Assembly (NCBI GenBank): GCA_002189035.1
Contig: NEEC01000032.1
Span: forward strand, 1-64,000
Origin: Utricularia gibba
Lineage: Eukaryota > Plantae > Magnoliophyta
DNA: 64,000 nt
Direction: 5' to 3'
How positions within the stretch are numbered: position 1 is the stretch's first letter; each line of letters begins with the position of its first letter. The translations under genes were made by a program, and so were the position numbers. The notes beneath the pieces were generated by a model. It saw only the letters and a program-made list of their open reading frames with translations. It had not been told where the DNA came from and ran no database searches. Shown here piece by piece: positions 27,801-36,253 of this stretch.

Positions 27801-28948
27801 ACTCGACCACCTGCTCGATACCGACGAGAGCGCCTACATGCGGTTGAGAAAACCATTTTGGGTGCTCATGACATCCTAACTTCAATAAGAGAGTCGAGTA
27901 GGACCCGACAGACCGAACCTCAGAACGAAGTTCACAACGACGCCAAAAAACGACAAGCTTTTCCTTGAGAAACCATGTAGGCAGCCAATTAAAACCCAAC
28001 GTTAAGAAATGCATCAAGTTTTTTGCCGAGCATGACTATGGGCCCGAGCTCGACTCGACCGATACCGTTGGAGAGCGCCTCCTCAATATAAAGCATGCGG
28101 TTGAGAAAACCATTTTGGGTGCTTATGACATCCTAACTTCAATAAGTGCAGCACGATTTTCACCCGATGTTTCAGTTCACAACGACATCAAAAAACGACA
28201 AGCTTTTCCTTGAGAAACCATGTAGGCAGCCGAAGAAATGCATCAAGGCAGCCTATGGGCCCGAGCTCGACTCGATTAAAGCATGCGGTTGAGAAAACCA
28301 TTTTGGGTGCTCATGACATCCTAACTTCAATAAGACGATTTTCGTCGAGTAGGACCTTTTCACAACGAGCCCAAAAACGACAAGCTTTTCCTTGAGAAAC
28401 CATGTAGGCAGCCAGTTAATGCATCAAGTTTTTTGCCGAGCCACAAATGACTATGGGCCAGCTCGACTCGACTCGATACCGTTGCCCTACGAGAGCAATA
28501 TAAAGCATGCGGTTGATATGACATCCTAACTTCAATAAGTGCAGCACGATTTTCGTCGAGTAGGACCCGACATTGGGTCAGAACGAAGTTCACAACGACA
28601 TCACTTTTCCTTGAGAAACCATGTAGGCAGCCAATTAAAACCCAACGTTAAGAAATGCATCAAGTTTTTTGCCGAGCAACAAATGACTATGGGCCCGAGC
28701 TCGACTCGACCTCCTTCTCGATACCGTTGCCCCACGAGAGCGCCTCCTCAGATATAAAGCATGCGGTTGAGAAAACCATTTTGGGTGCTTATGACATCCT
28801 AACTTCAATAAGTGCAGCACGATTTTCGTCGAGTAGGACCCGATGTGGCAAAGGAGTCAGACCGAACCTTGGGTCAGAACGAAGTTCACAACGACATCAC
28901 CAGCCCAAAAACGACAAGCTTTTCCTTGAGAAACCATGTAGGCAGCCA
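24850..28948. repeat. Island-proximal SatA subfamily (variant haplotype)
   Basis: Co-occurring variants gagccacaaat, gaccacctgctcg (24858, 25769, 26676), cttatcaaatata (24894, 25804, 26713), gtgcagcacg and caccagccc replace core gagctacaaat, gacctccttctcg, ctcctcagatata, gtgcatcacg and cacccgccc. Confidence 0.8.
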
Positions 28949-29400
28949 GAATATTCCAGGATCCAATGAATTAACAATAAAAACATAAAGAGACACCTAC
29001 ATAAGGTATTCCAAACATATCAATCTAGTACATGCAGTCCGCTGAAAGAGGACTGGAAAATCCTCAGACACTTGAAATCGGGTTTGCCTACCTGCCAATC
29101 AAGGTTTTGATCTCTGGCAACTCAACCGGAAGCAGATGCGCATCTGAAATGGAAACCATGACTGCATATCAAAATGATGTTTTTGGGGGCGTTGGCGGGG
29201 AAATCATGCAAAGGAGGTGACGAGGTTAACCCACAATGATAACAGAGGCCATTATTGTTCAACTTAGAAGAAATTATATCTCAGAACTACAATTAAATAG
29301 GCATTCAGAAAAATTGAGATAAACCTAGTGATGGCGGTCTGGATGCAAAGTGAATTGAACCTAATGTACACGATTCCAAGAATGAAAGGAGTAGCATACG
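28949..29400. other. Unassigned single-copy sequence between SatA and the retroelement remnant
   Basis: No visible similarity to SatA, SatB or the LTR at 32772-33491. Confidence 0.5.
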
Positions 29401-29479
29401 CCCATCAGGATCCCACGTAGCTCCCTGTCATTAGATATATGAACCTTCAACTCAACATGCCAAAATAATCTTCATCAAA

Positions 29480-29860
29480 CATGGTGAAATAATCAGGATT
29501 TTCACCTGTAGTGACTTTCATTAAACATGGTGTAGAAGACAGTGTCAATGAAAGATGGAAAACTTATAAGCAGGACATCAACTTAGAAATTGACACGAGA
29601 GCGCCAATGGTGAGAATAGTGTACGGTATCAACCTACATGCCTCTCACTATGTACCTCATGAATTAGATGAAGACATAGGCTAGAGTCTAGTATACAAAA
29701 TCGATAGCCCTTGAATAAATTCTCATTCAACAAGGTATAATCAGTAGGAAATCCACCGGTTAGGCCTTCCATCACAAAGGAGAGTAAGGATCCATAGCAT
29801 TGAGAGATGTTAGGATCTCGAAGCCAACAACAGTTATCTTCAATATGAACAAACAAGATT
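29480..29860 (-). pseudogene. Integrase N-terminal and C-terminal fragments, catalytic core absent
   Basis: LIHEVHSERHVG*YRTL (to about 29617) resembles the start of the HHCC domain. About 45 nt later come AYK…PSFI…MFN…GENPD-like residues resembling the pol C-terminus. There is no room for a DDE core. Confidence 0.6.
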
Positions 29861-29861
29861 G

Positions 29862-30209
29862 TTTACGACTTAGTGCATCAGTTGCTCGATTTTGACACTC
29901 ATTCTTGTGCTTGATAGACCACGTAAACTGTTGTAGGTACGAAAATCACTTAACATGATGAGGTGAAACCTTATCCTATGACTTCAAATGCTTTAGTGAA
30001 TCATGATCAGTCCATAAGATGAAATCTTGTTGTAACAAATAATGTCACCAATGTTTGATAGTTTGATCCAACGAAAACAACTCTAGATCATAGGTGGAGT
30101 AATTAGACTTTTCGATGCCCACCTTCTCACTAAAATATGCAATTCAACAGCCTGCCTGACTTGGGATAGTGCCAACTCCAGACATTGATGCATCACAGTG
30201 CAGCTCGAA
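29862..30209 (-). pseudogene. RNase H remnant
   Basis: FELHCDAS (30186-30209), IAYFSEK, NYSTYDLE, KHW*HYL, LWTDHDSLKHL, QQFTWSIKHK and DALSRK (29862-29879), with in-frame stops. Confidence 0.9.
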
Positions 30210-30214
30210 TGATT

Positions 30215-31047
30215 GAGAAAGTTTGGAAAGATGAGCACATGAGGTGTCATAAGAATATTCTTTAGTCATTGAAATGCATCTTCAACTACTATGGTTCAAA
30301 TAAAGGAGCTTCCTTTTATGCAATCAGTCATCGACGCCATAAGAGAGCTAAAATGAGGAAAAAACCATCAATGAAAAGATGCTAGATCATGAAAACATCA
30401 AATTTTCATAAGTGTTGAGGGTGATAGTCATGCCTAGAATGCACACACCTTTGTGAGAACCATTTTCAATGCATAACCATAAATGATATATCCTAAGAAT
30501 ATCACCTTGGGAACAATGAAGATACACTTGTGAGGAGAACCAAAAAACTATCCTTATTTGAGAACTCTATGAACCTCTTGAACATGGTGTTTGAAAGAAT
30601 CACTATCAACTAAAGATTAGCATGTCATCGAAATAAACAATTTAGAAACAACCAATAAAAAGAAGAAATAGCTGATTCATTGCACGCATGAAAGTACTTG
30701 TATTTGTCCCCAGGCAGATTCTTATCCAATTATATCTACTCTTTAAACCTAGTGTGTATAATAACCTTGATTCCATGAATTTGGTCCAAAAGATCATTTA
30801 ACGTCAAAATAGAAAAAATGATATTTGATAGTGATCTTGTTGATAATTCGAATATCAACACACATCCTCCAAGTGTCATCTTTCTTGGATATCAAGATGG
30901 CAAAGATAACACATAGACTCAAACTTTCTCGAATGTAGCCCTTAACAAGACTTTAACTTGCTTTCGAAGTTCTTGATGTTCCCTAAGACTCATACGATAA
31001 TGGGTTCTATTGGGTAAAGATAAACCTGAGACAAGATCAATATGGTG
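30215..31047 (-). pseudogene. Reverse transcriptase remnant
   Basis: Manual translation gives HHIDLVSGLSLPNRTHYRMS (starting at 31047), [11 protein letters not shown] (WRMCVD at 30854-30871), [29 protein letters not shown] (YFDD at 30624-30635) and KVIFLGYII, with multiple stops and frameshifts. Confidence 0.9.
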
Positions 31048-31160
31048 TTAAATATCATGCAAGAGGGATAAACATCAAGGAGTTTAGTCGAGAAGACCTT
31101 AAAAAAGGTATCTAATATCTCTTTTGTATCATCTGGATATTTTGTTTGTGGCGATTTCAA

Positions 31161-31628
31161 CTACTTAGTCATTAGTAACACAGCTATAGAGCCTCCAATC
31201 TCCTCAATAAGTTGCCTGCCAAGGAACAAGTTCACAGAAACAATAATGTCATTTGAATTTGGTCGGTTTGGTAACAATACCACTTTGGTGCCCCGAAATG
31301 AGAATGAATAAGTATTTGCTTGCCCAGTAAGCATTATATTGCGATCATACTTCCAAGGTCGGCTCAAGAGTAAATGACATAGATCCATCTTGATCATATC
31401 ACACCAAATTTCATCCTTAAAGACCTTTTCAATAGAGAATGTAACATGAGTCCACTTATCTACCTTGAGAACTTCTCGCTTTTCTAACCAAGCAATATGG
31501 TACGACTTCGTATGAAACTCACACTCTAATGCCAATTTCGAAACAGCATCTTCCAATTTGAAATCAATCACTACTCTACAAATCTTTCTCTTTATTGTAC
31601 AAGTAATTTGAACCATATTATTTTTCAA
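31161..31628 (-). pseudogene. Retrotransposon aspartic protease region, active-site D-S-G broken
   Basis: ORF 31161-31628: CTIKRKICRVVID|FKLEDAVSKL…CDMIKMDLCHLLLSRPWKYDR…QANTYSF. The Asp codon at 31563-31565 is not followed by S/T-G. Confidence 0.85.
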
Positions 31629-31812
31629 CTATAAGTTGTTACTATAAGCAATTGAAGCTAAACAAAGTTGCCACTTCACCCACCACCACATCGCCACTCA
31701 CAAATTCTTCCTCAATAGCTTCTTCAAATAAATTGGAAAAGCGAACATCCTCGTCATCATCCTCAAATCCCTCAACATTCTCAACCTTCATAGTTAGTTT
31801 TCCAAACTTCTT

Positions 31813-32737
31813 ACACTCTACTTGTTTATGGTCAAACTGACATGTATAGCACTTTAAACTAGGAGTTCATTTACGATTGGATGGGTCACCGATGGATTTA
31901 CCATAGAAAAGGAAAATGGTTCTTTGGTTGGTGAGGGAGTACTAACGGTAGGACTGCTTGAATGTGAGTCCTCCTTTTTCCATCGTATTTTTACCACTAA
32001 AACACATTGGTAAGCTTTTCAATTAACAAGGGATCAAACAAATTCAGAACATCTTAAATAAGAGGGGAAAGGTTGGAAATGTATCACTCTAGAAGTTGAT
32101 CGTCGGTCTCCTGAAGATCAACTCGAGCAATTAATTGATAGAAATCTCTGACATGCTCTTCCATAGCGTCGGACATTGTCTTAAACTCTGGGATTGTTGA
32201 AATAAAATTCTTTGATATTTTAGAAAAGAAATTGCTTTTTGAGAGACTTCTTAATCTTCTCTCAACTTTGTAGTTTTCATTTGCCCATCTTGAAGCTGGT
32301 TCTTGAAATTTTGTAGCAACAAAGGCTATCATGTGATTGTTCGGTATGTTCTTAAAATTAAGGGCTTCTTCAACAGTGGCTAACCAATCAAAAAACTCCT
32401 CGTTCTATAATGTTCCAGAAAATTCAAGAATTTCAATTTTAAAACTATTCTTCCATTGACAATCCACATCATTGTTGATACTGTGAGATTGAATACCCCA
32501 CCAATGATCTCTCTTGGCTTCAAATTTACTAGATGAAAAGTGTTCTTATTCACTCAAAGATGGTACCCAATGAGGGACTACTAGAATACGAGCTTGTTGC
32601 AATACCAATTGTTTCATGTTCGTGATCATTTGATTGAGTTGTGCTTCTAAAGTATCACAATGCTGCTCCAATAAGTAAAAATCTCAATTTCTAGAATGCA
32701 CATGATGAGAAAAACCTCTTCCACTATTTCCTGTCAT
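31813..32737 (-). pseudogene. gag: gag remnant with degenerate CCHC zinc knuckle
   Basis: ATG at 32737 is in frame with WKNSFKIEILEFSGTL*NEEFFDWLATVEEALNFKNIP…FVATKF…ASRW (stop at 32405-32407). EEHVRDFYQLIARVDLQETDDQLL lies in ORF 32084-32332. The knuckle CYTCQFDHKQVEC is at 31813-31851 (C-X2-C-X3-H-X4-C, one residue short). Confidence 0.85.
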
Positions 32738-32756
32738 TGCCAACAGCCTTGCCCTC

Positions 32757-32768
32757 CTTCTGGTACCA
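32757..32768 (-). promoter_or_regulatory. Primer-binding site (tRNA-iMet type, degenerate)
   Basis: Minus strand reads …ctacatca att TGGTACCAGAAG versus canonical TGGTATCAGAGC, placed between the LTR end and the gag ATG at 32737. Confidence 0.75.
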
Positions 32769-32771
32769 AAT

Positions 32772-33491
32772 TGATGTAGAATGCACATTGAATGTTGATA
32801 AGGGTTTTGACCAAGGAGACTCTTTTTCATTCTACCTGAAGGCTCACATAAGCTTCTCTACACACTCACACCCCCTAAGGGTTGTCGTCAGAGTGCTTGG
32901 CTACAATCCAAACCTCATCTTGAAAGACTCAAAAGCTAAGTCTACACTATTGTATACTTCCATAACTCTTTACCATTCCCTTCTAGTGCGATCAACCTTC
33001 AAAATGGAACATTCTGCATGAATTTAGCATGTCGTTCTCCTCCTCTCTTGGCATGCCCCTTCCTTCTCCTTTTATACTTCTTGGTGCCATTTTAGGTGGT
33101 TGTGCCATTTCATGAACAATCGCACCCCTAACCATAACTCCCATCCATTACACTCGCTCAAACAATCCACCTTCCTATCACATGCATTACCCATGCCTTG
33201 CTCAACCCATGCCATGTGTCCTGTCATGCAACATGCAATACTCATCCAAGCGGCCAACAATTCCCACCAGCTCTCACCAGCTACTACCCGTGAGTGTCGA
33301 CTTCCGTCAGTGCCAACAAACTTCTTACTAGCTCCCGCCAGCTTTAGCTAGTTTTTGCTAGCTCTGCACAACTCCTAATAAACCTCTCAACCTACACTAG
33401 TTGTCACCCCTCCTCAAGCAATACCTTCACCAACCTCCTAATTGACATTTGTCACCACACAAGGAGGTTTCGACCAACTTGGGCTACTTCA
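32772..33491 (-). repeat. Putative 5' LTR (720 bp), only LTR copy in the window
   Basis: Plus strand begins TGATGTAG (32772) and ends CTACTTCA (33491): an 8-bp terminal inverted repeat with 1 mismatch and TG…CA ends. It lies 3 nt from the PBS. The outer boundary rests on the inverted repeat alone. Confidence 0.7.
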
Positions 33492-34169
33492 CCTCATGTC
33501 ATGACATATATATGTTGAATATGCCAAAACGAAGGCGACAATGCTAGATATCTCAACATCGAAAAACTTTATGGTGTTTCATTAGAGATGCAAGGCACCC
33601 TAGGGTGGGGCCTATCACCTATGAGAGCACCTCACCCATGCCCCTCCCCCCTATGAATGAATATTGAGCATGCCAAAATTGAGTGATGTCACTGGACATC
33701 AATCGGTTGAAAAAAGCTACATTTTGAGGTTGTCTTGGCTTTGGTCATTACACTACTAGGGGTTGGATAACTAGGAAGCTCCTGTAGATCGTGCATGTAT
33801 GAACTTTTGTAATACATTAATCCAACCTCCTTTGTTAAAAATCTCATGATCGTATTTGGAATCTCAACGAGCCACACAATCATGGCACACATCCCGATGG
33901 AGAGCACCTTTCTCTTTATAAATGGTGAATATGTCAAAATTCAGGTGACAACTATAAATATCAAAATATTGAATTATATTGTTTTTTAAATATGACATAA
34001 CATTCCAAGGGTGGCCCGAATGCATTTGTGAAAAGATGAATAGGCCAAAGTTCACGTGACATCAATATACATTGCGATGGTGAAAAATACTTGTTTTAGA
34101 CAATACGAATGAGTCATTACATTGTGAGTGTGGTGGGGTGACTAGCATTGGATGGTGGTCAACAATTGA

Positions 34170-34647
34170 CAATTAGTAATGAAAAAAAAAGATTAATATT
34201 TGTTTAAATAATAAAATTGTAACAGTCAATTGTAAACAAATAAAATTTTATTTTAGTAGTTTTAGAATTTTAATATTAGTAATAATATTTTAAATACAAA
34301 GTGGTAACTGATGTTATGGGTAACCAAGAACTACTCTTTAAGTATATTGTAAAGTATGTGTCTAATTATTTAGGACACATTGAAAAGTACAAACCTAATT
34401 GTCTAGAAACATCAAAGTAAAATCAATGAAATATAAAAATAAAAGAATTTAAAAAATGATAAATAATTCTAGATTTAAAAAAAATTAAGAAATGATATTA
34501 ATATAATAATAAATATTGTAACTAAATAAATAATTCATATAATTTAGTTTATAATATTTAAATTCGAATTGATAGTTTTTAAACACAAGCATAGCTAATA
34601 TATAAATATAATAATTGATTTTTAAAATCTAAAAAGTATATATTATT
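34170..34647. other. AT-rich low-complexity spacer
   Basis: Visibly dominated by A/T runs (e.g. 34431-34640); no ORF in the track; directly abuts SatB. Confidence 0.75.
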
Positions 34648-36253
34648 GTGCATCCTAAAAATCACACGTGCACGGGATTCATTAAAAATAAATATTTACG
34701 CATATCCAGAGTGTATAACAGTGTTGGGATAAGTGATGCCACGAAATTCATGATGTAGCATGTGACTTTTTTCCAACTTGATCGCATAGTAGATGAATTC
34801 TGACACCATATGTTTTGGCTTTTGATTGATGCATTTAGTTGCTATGATACTTCTGATTCTTGATGCACCATTCCCGTATACCATGTCTCTAGTGGCTATT
34901 TGATTCTTTTGCCTTGTATGTTGTTCGCATCAATTTCGAGAACATGAAGCACATTATTAAATGCAGTCACCACGGAATGCCACGTGAGACACTTTTCGTT
35001 GTGGCTTGTTTTTAATATGTCCAGAGTTATCGGACAAACGTAACTCCAAATTATAATACTTGGAGCTCGAATAGGGCTTCCCAACAGTGTGCTATGAAGA
35101 GCAAGGATCTGCATGTTATGCGAGAGGTGCTTCGCGGACCAGGATGTGCGACATAGTCATTTCATTGCGCATCATCATTCGGGGTGCATCCTAAAAATCA
35201 CACGTGCACGGGATTCATTAAAAATAAATATTTACGCATATCCAGAGTGTATAACAGTGTTGGGATAAGTGATGACACGAAATTCATGATGTAGCATGTG
35301 ACTTTTTTCCAACATGATCGCATAGTAGATGAATTCTGACACCATATGTTTGGCTTTTGATTGATGCATTTAGTTGCTATGATACTTCTGATTCTTGATG
35401 CACCATTCCCGTATACCATGTCTCTAGTGGCTATTTGATTCTTTTGCCTTGTATGTTGTTCGCATCAATTTCGAGAACATGAAGCACATTATTAAATGCA
35501 ATCACCACGGAATGCCACGTGAGACACTTTTCGTTGTGGCTTGTTTTTAATATGTCCACAGTTTTCGGACAAACGTAACTCCAAATTATAATACTTGGAG
35601 CTCGAAAAGGGCTTCCCAACACTGTGCTATGAAGAGCAAGGATCTGCATGTTATGCAAGAGGTGCTTCGCGGACCAGGATGTGCGACGTAGTCATTTCAT
35701 TGCGCATCATCATTCGGGGTGCATCCTAAAAATCACACGTGCACGGGATTCATTAAAAATAAATATTTACGCATATCCAGAGTGTATAACAGTGTTGGGA
35801 TAAGTGATGCCACGAAATTCATGATGTAGCATGTGACTTTTTTCCAACTTGATCGCATAGTAGATGAATTCTGACACCATATGTTTTGGCTTTTGATTGA
35901 TGCATTTAGTTGCTATGATACTTCTGATTCTTGATGCACCATTCCCGTATACCATGTCTCTAGTGGCTATTTGATTCTTTGCCTTGTATGTTGTTCGCAT
36001 CAATTTCGAGAACATGAAGCACATTATTAAATGCAATCACCACGGAATGCCACGTGAGACACTTTTCGTTGTGGCTTGTTTTTAATATGTCCACAGTTAT
36101 CGGACAAACGTAACTCCAAATTATAATACTTGGAGCTCGAAAAGGGCTTCCCAACACTGTGCTATGAAGAGCAAGGATCTGCATGTTATGCAGAGGTGCT
36201 TCGCGGACCAGGATGTGCGACGTAGTCATTTCATTGCGCATCATCATTCGGGG

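Larger units (their letters stand above)
1..28948. repeat. Tandem satellite array SatA, 315-bp monomer, head-to-tail in one orientation, continues beyond left edge
   Basis: The unit acgattttcgtcgagtaggacccgatg...cttcaataagtgcatc recurs throughout; clean copies start at 10261 and 10576 (period 315). ORF-track peptides recur at about 315-bp spacing. The last satellite base is 28948 (…ggcagcca|gaatattcc). Confidence 0.98.
29480..33491 (-). mobile_element. Degenerate, 3'-truncated Ty3/gypsy LTR retrotransposon, probably chromovirus CRM lineage
   Basis: Minus-strand order is LTR, PBS, gag, zinc knuckle, protease, RT, RNase H, integrase remnants (gypsy order), with many stops and frameshifts. Lineage call comes from recalled similarity of motifs (KIEILEFSGTL*NEEFFDWL; EIWCDMIKMDLCHLLLSRPWKYDR; YFDD; FELHCDAS), TGATG LTR terminus and an ATG just after the PBS. 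The left boundary is approximate. Confidence 0.9.

Noticed and set aside
1-28948. 5S rDNA array (315 bp is a typical unit size)
   Set aside because: No match on either strand to the conserved 120-nt plant 5S sequence (GGATGCGATCATACCAGCAC…). SatB lacks it too.
26-28969. Hundreds of short ORFs (e.g. MHQVFCRATNDYGPELD…, MHHDFRRVGPDVAKES…) as a tandem gene family
   Set aside because: They are translations of the SatA monomer in several overlapping frames, broken at random by indels, with no recognisable domain.
29403-29430. TGATG at 29407 (minus strand) as the start of the 3' LTR
   Set aside because: No purine-rich PPT upstream, and the downstream sequence does not resemble the 5' LTR.
32737-33351. 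Plus- and minus-strand ORFs of 62-94 aa within the LTR region
   Set aside because: They lie in the LTR, have no recognisable domains and mostly non-ATG starts.
34162-34233. 9-bp inverted repeat (acaattgac…gtcaattgt) as MITE termini
   Set aside because: It is built on the self-palindromic caattg in AT-rich DNA, with no TSD; expected by chance.
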